Below are positions 8,955 to 19,003 of a stretch of DNA of 64,000 nucleotides, in pieces. Source of the DNA: a virus (taxonomy: Duplodnaviria > Caudoviricetes). Under the pieces are notes generated by a model. The model was not told the origin of the DNA and ran no database searches. It worked only from the letters and a program-made list of their open reading frames with translations. The DNA lies in the IMG/VR virus record IMGVR_UViG_3300031525_000009, positions 533 to 64,532 of that record. One strand, 5' to 3'. The first letter of the stretch is position 1. The number at the start of each line of letters is the position of its first letter. The position numbers and the translations under genes were made by a program.

Positions 8955-9250
8955 ACGACTTTCTTCACATCGCCCTTGAGTCGCGCACCAATCCCCTTCA
9001 GCCATGTCACCACGTGAGGGCTCTGCGCTGAATGCGTCACGTTGGGGGCCAACGCATGCACCACGTTTTCGAGCGCCGTGACGCGATCTTCCAAACTGGA
9101 AGCGTTCGCAGCGGGCTTCGCAGCGAACCCGATCGGCGGGTAGTTCTCAGCCTTGTAGCCGGCTGCGATGTACTCCGCCAGCGTCGGCCCGTCCGTCCGC
9201 AGTGGCGCGTCTTTTGGCGGGGGCGCCTCTTTTTCCCATGCTTCAGTCAT
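8951..9250 (-). CDS. Hypothetical protein
   Basis: AAGGAG RBS; 'LRTDGPTLAEYIAAGYKAENYPP' motif. Confidence 0.6.
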   Translation of the reverse strand: MTEAWEKEAPPPKDAPLRTDGPTLAEYIAAGYKAENYPPIGFAAKPAANASSLEDRVTALENVVHALAPNVTHSAQSPHVVTWLKGIGARLKGDVKKVV

Positions 9251-9313
9251 AGTCAACTCCTTAATAATCGTTCTACCAAAGATAGTCTCTATCAAACAGC
9301 TCCGGAACAGCCA

Positions 9314-11899
9314 TCACTCAGGCCCTCCGCGGCCCGCAATACCCGTGCCGGTGGACAGGTCCGTCGAGTGACCAGTCTCAATCTTCGCAGCCGAAATCTC
9401 AAGCGCCGTGGTGTTGTCCGCTGCGTTGATCTGCTCCTGCGATTGGATCTTAGCCGCAGTGTCCTGTGCCTCGCCTTGCTGCTCCATCGCTGTTTGTTGC
9501 AGCATCGCCTGATTCTTGGATTGTACAGTCTGCTGGTCCTGCTGACCTTTCGCCTGGATCGCTTGTACCTTGCCTTGTGTGTTCTCCTTAGCCACCGCAA
9601 GCGCCGCCTGCCCCGGGTCCTGCATCGGGGGTGGGGACAGAGACTGCAGGAGCTGCTGCGCCTGCTGGATCGCGGGCGGTATTTTCGAGAGCACCTGCTT
9701 TGCGGTGTCCATGACGTGGTGGGACGCTTCCGCCAACAACTGATCCATCTGCTTGGACGTCTCAGGATCTTGGAATGCGGTGAGCTTACCCAAATCCTGC
9801 GGTTTGCCCGTAGCGTCTGTCGCGGCTTTCGAGCCCAGCTCCACCGTCGTTGCCATGTACCAGTAGGCCAAATGCTCCACTAAGTGCGCGAGTGCTGCGG
9901 GGATGTACTTCGGCGCAATGATCGAGAGCATCCCAAAAAACGGGGAGAGCATGTAATCCAACAACACCTGGATATGCGCCAAGTGGTCCTGCTCCGGCTG
10001 CGCAATCACCGGGCGCCCCAGTGTCATCGCCACGTTCTCGTTGACCGCATTCAGCTCCTGCGCCTGCGTCTCCGGCTTGAGAAGATCCACCGCATTAGGG
10101 ATCTTGGTCCGCTCCAGGATAAGCGTCTCCACTTTACGTGGATCGTATAACTCGGGATGCAGATCAGCACGTTGTTGAATAATTTGGAGCTGTGCAAATC
10201 TCTGGATATCCGAAAATACCTGTGGATCCGAGACGGGGACCACATCAACAGGACCCTCATAGTCGGCCCGGTAGGCCAACATCTCACCCGTATCATCAAG
10301 TATTTCCTCATCCGTGATATACATCCGGTTGATACGGTGCAGGATACCGATCAGCCGATCCATCGCCCCGTGCAGGCGCATGTGAATAGCCGACAGGACT
10401 TTCAAGCCCTGCTCAATTAACGCTAACGTCGTGCCCACCGGCATGTTGGGCGAGCCGTCTTCCGAGAGGTTCTCGAACGTGGTGCGAACCAGCGCCTCGC
10501 CCTGCTCGGTGCACCAGCCCAAGAGCTGATACAGCATCGTAGACGGCGGGTTAAAGGGTACCGCCATCAGAATCTTGCGGATATCCTGATCGCCGATCGC
10601 AGCTCCCTCAATCTCCGTCACGCCACAGACGTTTAGGTTTAACGTCTGTCCGGACGAGGCTGCCCCTTTGAGTCGTAGCAAGGTGGGTAGATTGTTGACA
10701 TGAGCAGTATCCAACAACGCCCGGAGTGAGCCCGTGCTGGCGCCGGCCAACGATCCTGCGTAATGAATGAGCCCCACCGACTGCGCACCGCGCCACGGCA
10801 GGCACTCGAAGTCCACGAGCCAGCACAAGTTTTCGCACTTCTCGTCATATTCCTCCCAATTGCGCACCGCACGCAGGATCTCCCGCGCGAGCGGGTCTAC
10901 CTCGATCAAATACGGCTTTGCCCCTTCGCGGGAGATAATCGAGTCAATATCCGGGTCTGCGTTACGCTGATCGCCCGCCACCCGTAACCGGTCTGTGTCC
11001 TCCAGCTCCGCAAGCACCTCCACCACATAAATGCGCCGCACTCCATCTTGGTTACCCGCACTGGTCGTGTCCTTGCCCTGCACCTTGTTGGTAGTCTTCT
11101 CCGCCTGCGTGCTTTCCGGTACCTGAGATGCTGCAATCACCGAAGTTTTCGCGTAGTACCCTTGCCGGATGCGGGATTCCAACTCATGTTGGGTAATCGT
11201 ATCAATCAGCGTACGCCGTTCGGCCGAGTAGAAATCCGCCGCTGCATCCGGGATGAGCACCTGATCGATGGGCCAGAACGTCGGGACGGGCCGCTTTTTG
11301 TCCGAGTCGTACACCAAGCGCATGTACTGGCTGCCTGCGGGCAACTGCTGCGAGAGCAGCTTTTCCAGTTGTGAGCGGAATTCCGGCATTTGCTTGCGGA
11401 ACTGCCAGTTCATGTGCGCGGTTTTGCGCTCTGCCTTCTCCACGCGCTCCGGGGTGCTCTTACCCGGTATCCAGTCCTTCACCGGACCATTGGGCGGCAT
11501 CAACTCACCGATCGTGTGTGACTGGTAATACAGAATCGCTTTGGACAACATCGGATGCGTGGCTTTGGAGCCCCCGTCAAAGGCGGGTGCACTGACGTCC
11601 TCGCCGGCTAATCCCGTGCGTTTGATGCCCTCGTCATACTGCTTATCCCGCCCTTTGCGAGACTCTTTGTCGTACTCGATACGCTCCAACAACTCCGCAG
11701 TAAACTGCGAGAGCTGCGAGGGGTCCAGTTCCGGCACCAAGTTGCGAAAAAAGTCCGACTCATCCGCAGGGGGTTCGTCTTCGTCATCATCAGTCTTGAC
11801 GATCGCGCCGCCATCATCCGTGTCCGTCACCCCGGGGGAGGATTCGTTCGGCTCACCGTCTGAGGGGTACGGCGAGCTGTCTTCGTCATCAAGCGCCAT
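9314..11899 (-). CDS. Portal protein (P22-like, long)
   Basis: 861 aa two genes downstream of TerL; 'THPMLSKAIL', 'PVGTTLALIEQG.KV.SAIH.RLH', Gln-rich C-terminal tail. Confidence 0.85.
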   Translation of the reverse strand: MALDDEDSSPYPSDGEPNESSPGVTDTDDGGAIVKTDDDEDEPPADESDFFRNLVPELDPSQLSQFTAELLERIEYDKESRKGRDKQYDEGIKRTGLAGEDVSAPAFDGGSKATHPMLSKAILYYQSHTIGELMPPNGPVKDWIPGKSTPERVEKAERKTAHMNWQFRKQMPEFRSQLEKLLSQQLPAGSQYMRLVYDSDKKRPVPTFWPIDQVLIPDAAADFYSAERRTLIDTITQHELESRIRQGYYAKTSVIAASQVPESTQAEKTTNKVQGKDTTSAGNQDGVRRIYVVEVLAELEDTDRLRVAGDQRNADPDIDSIISREGAKPYLIEVDPLAREILRAVRNWEEYDEKCENLCWLVDFECLPWRGAQSVGLIHYAGSLAGASTGSLRALLDTAHVNNLPTLLRLKGAASSGQTLNLNVCGVTEIEGAAIGDQDIRKILMAVPFNPPSTMLYQLLGWCTEQGEALVRTTFENLSEDGSPNMPVGTTLALIEQGLKVLSAIHMRLHGAMDRLIGILHRINRMYITDEEILDDTGEMLAYRADYEGPVDVVPVSDPQVFSDIQRFAQLQIIQQRADLHPELYDPRKVETLILERTKIPNAVDLLKPETQAQELNAVNENVAMTLGRPVIAQPEQDHLAHIQVLLDYMLSPFFGMLSIIAPKYIPAALAHLVEHLAYWYMATTVELGSKAATDATGKPQDLGKLTAFQDPETSKQMDQLLAEASHHVMDTAKQVLSKIPPAIQQAQQLLQSLSPPPMQDPGQAALAVAKENTQGKVQAIQAKGQQDQQTVQSKNQAMLQQTAMEQQGEAQDTAAKIQSQEQINAADNTTALEISAAKIETGHSTDLSTGTGIAGRGGPE

Positions 11900-12197
11900 C
11901 GTCTAACTCTTTAGTCGGCTCACGCGTCATCTGCTGTGTCACGGTCTGTTTTATTGGCGCCATCCACGCCTCGTACCGCTTGTGGAACTCTTCGTCAGTG
12001 CAGGGGTAAATTTCCTTCTCCCCTTGAATGCACCAGTCACCGCAGTTAACGCGTACTGGACCATTCAGAGTATACGCATGCAGTGCGCTACCCGACCGCA
12101 TCAACAACTCCGGGGTCGCCCACGGCGGCCACTCAGCCTCTGGCTGGCCGTTCCAGCGAAATGCTTCGATCAATCTAACTCGGGTGCGATAGGTCAT
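11889..12197 (-). CDS. Conserved phage protein (PGDYG-like)
   Basis: 'IEAFRWNG..TLNGPVRVNCGDWCIQG..IYPCTDEEFHKRYE'. Confidence 0.6.
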   Translation of the reverse strand: MTYRTRVRLIEAFRWNGQPEAEWPPWATPELLMRSGSALHAYTLNGPVRVNCGDWCIQGEKEIYPCTDEEFHKRYEAWMAPIKQTVTQQMTREPTKELDDGA

Positions 12198-12200
12198 ACG

Positions 12201-13691
12201 TTAGCCGTCATAAGGATTGCTCCGCCGTTGCTGCTTGAGACGTTCTGCCGCCTGCGCAACCGCCTTGGCAGGATCCACACGCACTGTCAAGCGAATATTG
12301 AACCGCTGCATAAAGAAAAGCAAAGCCTGCGTTGCCGTATCGAGTAAATCGTCGTGCGTAAGCGAGCCCTCGCCCACGTAGGTGCAGAGCTGCGTGATGA
12401 CCCCATCCGCCCAGTCACGAGGCTGCCCCTGGTTCCGTAGGCTCTCTACGACCCATATGCGCCCTGCAGAGACGAGGGGCGAGGCGCCATGAAGCTTGGA
12501 CAGCTTGTCCATGTCGGTCGGGTAGGGCTGGCAGATGACCCCCTCAACCGCGAGCATTTGGATGAGCGACTTCCCGGAGCCGGTGTCCTCGACCAAAATC
12601 AAGTCAATCGGGCGCCCGGTGTGCTTCGGCCGCTGTGCCCGCGAGATGATCGCCGGGCGCAAGAGCGGCTCGTTCGTATCCCCGTAGGTGAAACTCTTCT
12701 CAAACTTCACGCGCCGGATCAGCTCAGGGAAGCCCAAATACTCCTCCCACGCCTCCAACAGCATGATGTGCTCGCGCCGTTCGTGCTCGAACAGACCCCA
12801 CACGGTGCACGCAGTGGGGTCGCCGGTCTGCTCTTTCTTGTCCCAGGTTTTTTCTGTGAACGCCGTGTCGAGTGACATCAGCACAAAACGAAATTTGGGC
12901 AACGGCTTGCGCGCGGGCCACAAACGGATATCGGAGCGCTTGACGAAGCCGCCTTCCTCCGGGTCGATCAGCTCCCCGTACAACTCCTGACGACCGATTT
13001 TCGTCCCTTCGTACTTGGCGACGTTCTCGTAGAAAATGTCAGTTAGGTTCTCCGCATTCTCGTAGGTGCTACCGGAAATAGTGAGAGAGCGCTTGAGGTT
13101 CATCAACATCTTGATGAACGGTTTGGGCTTAGGAGTGCCCGTCCAAAACACCTGCGGGTGATCGCCCAAGCGCAGCCCGAAGATCAGGTTATCCCATGTC
13201 TTTTCCGGGTAGCGCCATACTGCCACTTCATTGCATGTCGCCCGATGGCACTGCGGACCCCGCAGGCGCTCCGGGGTGTCTGCGGAAAACCCGCGGATGA
13301 TCGCCCCGTTTTTCAGCGTAATAACCGGGGGCGACTTGGTGGAGTCCTTAATCAACTGCTTGGGGATGACTGAGTGCAACCCAGTAGGCCCGTAGAAGTC
13401 CACCCCGATCACATCCTCATGCGTAGGGGATACTACGAAGTTATAAGAGCCGGGGTCTTGCGCCGCTTGCTGCCCTAGCCAATTGGATGACGAGAGCGTC
13501 TTACCCCAGCCGCGTCCCGATTTGATACCGAAAAAGTCCCACTTGTTGTCGTCTGGCGGAAGCTGCTTCCGGCGCGCGGTCGCTTTCCATTTCAGGCGCC
13601 AATTGAGTAGCGCTAAATCGTCGACAGAGAACTTAGCTAGATTCTCCCGCAACGTTTTCGGGTTGCGGATATCAAGAGCAACCGCGGCCAC
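12201..13691 (-). CDS. terL: Terminase large subunit
   Basis: Walker A 'SGRGWGKT', 'LRGPQ', 'NEVA', 'TGTPK', nuclease 'SLDTA..DPTAC..HDDLLD'. Confidence 0.93.
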   Translation of the reverse strand: MAAVALDIRNPKTLRENLAKFSVDDLALLNWRLKWKATARRKQLPPDDNKWDFFGIKSGRGWGKTLSSSNWLGQQAAQDPGSYNFVVSPTHEDVIGVDFYGPTGLHSVIPKQLIKDSTKSPPVITLKNGAIIRGFSADTPERLRGPQCHRATCNEVAVWRYPEKTWDNLIFGLRLGDHPQVFWTGTPKPKPFIKMLMNLKRSLTISGSTYENAENLTDIFYENVAKYEGTKIGRQELYGELIDPEEGGFVKRSDIRLWPARKPLPKFRFVLMSLDTAFTEKTWDKKEQTGDPTACTVWGLFEHERREHIMLLEAWEEYLGFPELIRRVKFEKSFTYGDTNEPLLRPAIISRAQRPKHTGRPIDLILVEDTGSGKSLIQMLAVEGVICQPYPTDMDKLSKLHGASPLVSAGRIWVVESLRNQGQPRDWADGVITQLCTYVGEGSLTHDDLLDTATQALLFFMQRFNIRLTVRVDPAKAVAQAAERLKQQRRSNPYDG

Positions 13692-13984
13692 TACTTAGGA
13701 ACAGGCGTCAAGAACTGAATGATGTTCTGCGCCTTAGCGATATCCGACAACCGCGCCTCGCGCGTGTGGTACGGGCTGGCCGGCGTAGTCGCAGTCGCGG
13801 CAACTGCCGGCTGGATCTTGTTCAACAAGCGCCCTAGCTTTTGCAGAAAGGGTTCGCCGTTGGTGTCGAGTGCAACATCGCATAGGGATGAGATAGTGCA
13901 GTCCGTCTCGTGCGTGAACACCGTCGCAGTTAGCACGTCCACGCCGCGGGCAAGAGAATATGCGAAAGTTTGTGAGAAGCTCAC
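13691..13984 (-). CDS. Hypothetical protein
   Basis: Translationally coupled ORF, 'DCTISS' motif. Confidence 0.55.
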   Translation of the reverse strand: MSFSQTFAYSLARGVDVLTATVFTHETDCTISSLCDVALDTNGEPFLQKLGRLLNKIQPAVAATATTPASPYHTREARLSDIAKAQNIIQFLTPVPK

Positions 13985-14250
13985 GTTGTTTTCTCCGCGG
14001 GCTTTTGTGCGTAGCTGCTGAAGCGCATTCTAATCAAGTTACCTAACTTCCTATCGGTCGCGGGGTGCGGAAACATTCTCACGATAACGTAAGCACAACC
14101 CATACGTTTCAATGTATTCTCGAAATGCGGCTCATCCCCGATGAGCGTGTAGTACTCCTGTCCGTGCTGATCGCGTGGGCCAATCGGACCCTCTTCCCAC
14201 TGGATGCCCTGCGCTTTCGCAAAGCTTGCCCACGCCTGTTTACCATTCAT
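13981..14250 (-). CDS. Hypothetical protein
   Basis: ATGA-coupled start at 14250. Confidence 0.5.
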   Translation of the reverse strand: MNGKQAWASFAKAQGIQWEEGPIGPRDQHGQEYYTLIGDEPHFENTLKRMGCAYVIVRMFPHPATDRKLGNLIRMRFSSYAQKPAEKTT

Positions 14251-14432
14251 GGTGAAAGCACCTGACCTACTGCGCCGAAACCTAAACAATCCGGGCATTC
14301 AACAATACGGGTCTTGATGGGTGCCTCCCGCGGTTGACAGAGCCCATCAAGTGCTACAGGAGCCGTAGGGGTACCGAAGTCTGCGTACGCCTCTTGAACC
14401 GTCCCCGTATTCTTACATCGCCGGCAGTACAT
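14247..14432 (-). CDS. Small zinc-finger protein
   Basis: CRRCKNTG..CPDCLGFG; AGGAGG RBS. Confidence 0.6.
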   Translation of the reverse strand: MYCRRCKNTGTVQEAYADFGTPTAPVALDGLCQPREAPIKTRIVECPDCLGFGAVGQVLSP

Positions 14433-15048
14433 TTGGCACCTCCTTAGCTGCGCGCAGTTTAGCGTTATCTTCCAACAGCGCACCGATCTGCACGGTCATG
14501 CGCATGAGCGCTTGTGACATCTCGCTATTGTTCTTCAACATCTCCGCATTTTGTTTGAGTAGCTCATCCAAGCGAGCCGTGAGGGTTTCGTTGGATTTCG
14601 TCAGCTCGGCAAGCCTGCCAGCATCCGCGCCCGCTGATGCAAAACCGCTGGGCGCGGAGGGTCGGTTACCGGCAAGCTTGCCAAGACTTTCCTGCGTGGG
14701 CGGCTGGTACGCCGCTTTGATGTTAGCCAACTGCACCCGCTGCGCGATCTGCGCGTCCGACAGCCCCAAGTGCTTGTAGTGTGCGCCGGCTTTCCTCGCA
14801 TCCTCGGGCGGGTTGCACGCGAGGCAGTTCACCCAGGCCCAGCGCATGAGACGTTTGGCCCCCACCCCGCCCGCGCCAAAGAGCGGCTGCGCCTTGCTCC
14901 CACCGCCCGCCGCGACGAGTCCGGGAGTGAGCCCGTTCTGGCATTCCGGGTTCCTGCAGTCAGAACGCGCCCGTCGCCCCTGAGGGGCCGTCTGCGCTCG
15001 CGAGGCAAGTTCTGCGAGCCCTACGCTACGATCAGGGGGTTGCGCCAC
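14413..15048 (-). CDS. Hypothetical protein with Cys motifs and C-terminal coiled coil
   Basis: CRNPEC..CLAC; heptad-rich tail. Confidence 0.55.
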   Translation of the reverse strand: MAQPPDRSVGLAELASRAQTAPQGRRARSDCRNPECQNGLTPGLVAAGGGSKAQPLFGAGGVGAKRLMRWAWVNCLACNPPEDARKAGAHYKHLGLSDAQIAQRVQLANIKAAYQPPTQESLGKLAGNRPSAPSGFASAGADAGRLAELTKSNETLTARLDELLKQNAEMLKNNSEMSQALMRMTVQIGALLEDNAKLRAAKEVPNVLPAM

Positions 15049-15050
15049 GG

Positions 15051-15671
15051 CTAGCCCTGCAGCGTCGCATAGGGAGCGCCATCAGGCTGCAGGAGGTTTC
15101 CCACTACTGAGAAGTTCGCTCCAGGGATTGCGACCCGGGTCATGATTTTGTATTGACGCGCAACCACAGGGTTGATATCTGGACCGAAACTCTGGTCTTC
15201 CTGAATGCGCTCCTGCACTGCATAGCGCCAATACAGAACGGGTCGATCCGACTTGCACGTCAGGTACAGTTTGTGGAATGAAGTGCCCATCGCCTGTCGC
15301 AATCGCTCTGGCGCATTCGGGACAGTAGCCGGCGCGAGCAGCCCCAACGTACGGTAGGGCCGGTATTCGTAGTCTCCACGCTCCGGGTTGTACACCGCGT
15401 GCGCATTGCGATGATCGCCGTCCCGGCAATCGAACAGACGTTCGACGTACTCCACTAGCTTTCCGATTGAACCGAATGGCGCGAAGGGCGGCGCTGATTC
15501 TGCGTGCAGCACCACTGAATCCGGCCGCTGTGCCCAACCTTTCTCCAGCGCGGTCACCCGGGCGCTCAGCTCCAGATAGCTACGCTGGATTGACGGAATC
15601 AGCGATGCCTCGTTGCGTGCTTCCGCTAGCTCGCGTTCCAGAGCAGAAACACGGTTTTCTAAGTCACTCAT
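15051..15671 (-). CDS. Hypothetical protein
   Basis: 206 aa, coupled; N-terminal coiled coil. Confidence 0.6.
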   Translation of the reverse strand: MSDLENRVSALERELAEARNEASLIPSIQRSYLELSARVTALEKGWAQRPDSVVLHAESAPPFAPFGSIGKLVEYVERLFDCRDGDHRNAHAVYNPERGDYEYRPYRTLGLLAPATVPNAPERLRQAMGTSFHKLYLTCKSDRPVLYWRYAVQERIQEDQSFGPDINPVVARQYKIMTRVAIPGANFSVVGNLLQPDGAPYATLQG

Positions 15672-16093
15672 AGAACAGGCACCTTTTTACCGTTCTCCAA
15701 CCACCACCCGATTTTGTGCCCCGAAATTAGCGCTTGCGGGCCATTCTGCCATGCAAATACGTACTTCAAATTATCACACGAGTTACGCCACGCAGACCAG
15801 CAATACGCCCGCCACCATGCCGGCGCATGGGGCATATACAACGAAGTCACGCCATTCACCCACACCAACGCATATTGGCCGCTTACGCCGTCTTCGGGGT
15901 TGTCGTAAATACACCCTAAGGGTGCGAACTGCCAACGATCGATAGTGCGCTTGCCGTCTTTGATGGAAGGGAGCGCGCTGACGAACCACGCTTGCCGCAC
16001 GCAAACCGGAATGAGGAGCACCCACCCTAGTACCGTGAAAAACAGCATGATGAGCTGCACTATTGCGTACCACAGCCAGCCCAACACGTTCAC
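15668..16093 (-). CDS. Membrane-anchored phage protein
   Basis: N-terminal TM; 'YDNPEDGVSG..WWRAYCWSAWRN' pattern of phage envelope-type proteins. Confidence 0.6.
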   Translation of the reverse strand: MNVLGWLWYAIVQLIMLFFTVLGWVLLIPVCVRQAWFVSALPSIKDGKRTIDRWQFAPLGCIYDNPEDGVSGQYALVWVNGVTSLYMPHAPAWWRAYCWSAWRNSCDNLKYVFAWQNGPQALISGHKIGWWLENGKKVPVL

Positions 16094-17502
16094 GGTATAC
16101 CTAACTTCGTTAACGCATCCTCAAATGACAGGCCAATGCGCAGCAGCTCGTCTACTTTCTCCATGTCCACATTCAAGCAACGCTCCGCCAGCGCTTGAAC
16201 TTCCTCAGCCGGCCCTACGTAAGCGTATTCCTTATACCCCCCGTTAAAAAGACTTTTTCGTCGTACGTACAAACACTCATGCCCCTCCGGTATCGGTCGG
16301 GGATCGAACACCCCTTCAATAACGCTAATCATGTCAGACAACTCCCTACGCGTTTATCGTTAGCCTCTAATGCCCACTCACCCTCATCCAATGCGGGGCA
16401 CTCCACAATGTTAACGTAGGGCGCGAATGGATTTTGCTTGGTGTGCGCCAGGATCGAAAACACGACGTTACGCGCCTGCAGCAAACGGATCGTATGCACG
16501 TACAGCGTGTACGCGAAGGACGGCCCCACATCGCGTGCCGCCATCTCCAGCGTAGTCTTGGAGAGCGCAAAGTAAGTACTGCCGCCGCGGCCATCCATGA
16601 GTGGCTCGTAATCGATGCGCTCTTCGCACAGATCGAAATAGCGCTTGGAGCGGGCGCGCTCCGCGATCTCCGCATCCAATCGGTCAATGTTGTTATGGCG
16701 GGTCACAGCTTAACCCCGCACTCATCGCACTTCTCTTTCAAGAAGTCCAATATCTCCAACCCATGCCCGTTACACATTACGCCAGCAGCCTTGGTAAGTG
16801 CATACAACTCGTCCTTACTGGCGATATCGATACGAACTGAGAACGGTTTGAACGTCTCCCCTTGAAAGGGTAGTTCGCGCACGTTCATGCGCACTCCTCG
16901 AACAGTCGATCCAATGCGTCAGTCAGCTTGTCCGCACTCACTGTGCGGCTCGTAGCGCCGCTGGGACACGTCAGCCGGTAAGCCGGAGGAGTAAACCCGA
17001 TCGGGGTCACTTCGTCCGGATACTGGTACAGCGCCCATCCTTCGCAGCGAACCGTCTCTACTTTCAACTTACGCTTCACGGACACCCCAACGCATGCCAC
17101 CGTTGCCACTCACGCGGCCACACCTTATGCGCCTCGCGTTGAAGACCGTACCGGTATGAGCGCTCTAGCCAACGCGAGAACTTCTCCGCCGCCAACGCGT
17201 GCCGCAATCGAATCAACGCCCGCCGCGTGGTCTTGTTGCCCAAATGACTACGCCTACGCTTCACGACGACACCCGCACTTTGTCACCCCACGCCAAGCGC
17301 CGATGGGGTCTAACACATTCTGATTGGAGCAACTACCTGCGTGACGCGGCAGCGCCCGAAACGCGCAGAGCTGCGTCACCATCGCGTACAGCTCCTCTGG
17401 ACCGATAGGCGGATCGCAATGCGCCCAATCACGCTCGAACCGCAGGCGATCGAGAAGTGCTGCGATATCAACCCGCATTTCAGTACCTTCGAAGCTCATC
17501 AT
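16090..17502 (-). other. Run of six short coupled hypothetical genes (16090-16341, 16329-16706, 16703-16894, 16885-17109, 17076-17264, 17254-17502)
   Basis: Contiguous minus-strand ORFs with overlapping start/stop codons. Confidence 0.55.
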
Positions 17503-18056
17503 GAGTCTCCAAAGTCCCCGCCGTCGCTAGAGCGGTTAATCGCGTCGCGGTGCAGCCGCTCCTTGAGCAGATACCCCTCCAACATCCAAACCTTGTCCTT
17601 CGCATGCTGGCGCGCGATCTTCGCGCCCAAATCAGCATCGAAGTTCTCCGGGCTCGCGCAAGCGCTCTCTCCGGTCACTGTAAAACCGTTCTTCAGCACC
17701 AGCACGCAGATTGTCAGCAGCGCCAGAGAAGGCATCTGTGGGCAGCCCTGGGTCGCTTTGTCGGCCGTGAACACGTACTCCGCGGCAATGGCATCTTCGA
17801 TCATCTGCGGCGTCACACGCGGTGCGGTCAAACCTTTAGCGATAATCTCTTTCTCGATGTCTTCGTTGCTCACGGGGTTTCTCCCAAAAAAAGCTGCATT
17901 CAACAACCCGCCGCGTGGCGGCTCACGAACCTCAATCTCTACCGTTTCCAGACTGTCAGGCGAAAGATAAGGACGGCGCAGCCACGTCCACAAACGTTGG
18001 TACCACGCAGCTCGCGGGTGAGCTGCGGCAAAGAGCGCTACGCCGTCCTCGTCCAT
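17499..18056 (-). CDS. N4 gp49 / Sf6 gp66 family protein (domain starts at GTG 17873)
   Basis: 'APRVTPQMIEDAI..LTICVLVLKNGFTVTGESACASPENFDADLG.KIA..KVWMLEGYLL'. Confidence 0.8.
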   Translation of the reverse strand: MDEDGVALFAAAHPRAAWYQRLWTWLRRPYLSPDSLETVEIEVREPPRGGLLNAAFFGRNPVSNEDIEKEIIAKGLTAPRVTPQMIEDAIAAEYVFTADKATQGCPQMPSLALLTICVLVLKNGFTVTGESACASPENFDADLGAKIARQHAKDKVWMLEGYLLKERLHRDAINRSSDGGDFGDS

Positions 18057-18073
18057 GTGAATGTTCCTGTGAG

Positions 18074-18991
18074 TTAACTAAAGTAAATCTGCTTGCGCTT
18101 TTCGGTCACGCTGCCGGACAGCGTGCCGTGGCACTGCACTTTGTAGATCGTGCCGTTGGGAGTGCCCTTGCCGATGTTGAGCGCCTTCAGAGGCACCTGT
18201 GCCGTGAAGTACGTGTTGGGCTGGGTGCCCGCAGGCTGTTCGATCACGTAGCCCGCCGCAGGCTCACCCGGCAGTCCGCCATCGCCCGCCTGTTCGATGA
18301 AGATTACCCAGCTTTCACCTTCAGGGCCGGCCAAATCCAGGTTGAGCGTAGTGTACTCACTGACGTCATAGGACGAGTTCGGGAACCACCACTGATTGCC
18401 CCCTTGGCTGGCAGAGTTGAAAGTAATGCCGCCGTCCGCATTGCCGTACTGGACTGAGTTCTGCCCATAGGCGTAATCGCCCATGCCGTAGAACACCCCA
18501 TCCATGAGAATGTTGGGCGAGGTGGCGTTGCCCGTGCCGCCCGTGGGGGTCACGCCATTCGACGGCGCAGAAACCGCACCACTGGTGCCGTCCGTGTAAT
18601 TGGCAACGACCGTGAACTCGTTGGGACTGCCGCCCCACCCGGGGTTGCCGCCGCTGACCAAGATCGGGGATGCAGGCGCACTACCCTGAATCCAGCCTTG
18701 TGTGGTGGACACGGCGGTAAAGCCCTTCAGCGTCTTGCCAGCAGGCACTGGACCTGCGGTGAAGGCCACCATGGCGGTATACGGCTGCGCCGTCGCCACG
18801 ACGGCCGTAGGCGCGTCAGAGCCGGTGACTGGGGCAGGCTGCGGCTGAGTCGGCTGCGGGGTCGGCTGTGGCTGTGCGGGAACCATCAAAAGCGTTGCGA
18901 CTGCCGGCGCGAGGATAGCAGCAAGTGCGCCCACTTGAGCTGAGTCCAGGGTGAGGTTCAAAGGCAGAACGAGAGTCTCAGGCGTTGTCAT
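18074..18991 (-). CDS. Fibronectin-III-like plus carbohydrate-binding-like protein
   Basis: PQPTPQP linker; FN3-like 'DAPTAVVATA..FTVVANYTDGTSGAVSAPSNGVTP'; CBM-like 'YDVSEYTTLNLDL..VPLKAL'. Confidence 0.55.
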   Translation of the reverse strand: MTTPETLVLPLNLTLDSAQVGALAAILAPAVATLLMVPAQPQPTPQPTQPQPAPVTGSDAPTAVVATAQPYTAMVAFTAGPVPAGKTLKGFTAVSTTQGWIQGSAPASPILVSGGNPGWGGSPNEFTVVANYTDGTSGAVSAPSNGVTPTGGTGNATSPNILMDGVFYGMGDYAYGQNSVQYGNADGGITFNSASQGGNQWWFPNSSYDVSEYTTLNLDLAGPEGESWVIFIEQAGDGGLPGEPAAGYVIEQPAGTQPNTYFTAQVPLKALNIGKGTPNGTIYKVQCHGTLSGSVTEKRKQIYFS

Positions 18992-19003
18992 CGGGGAATT
19001 CCT

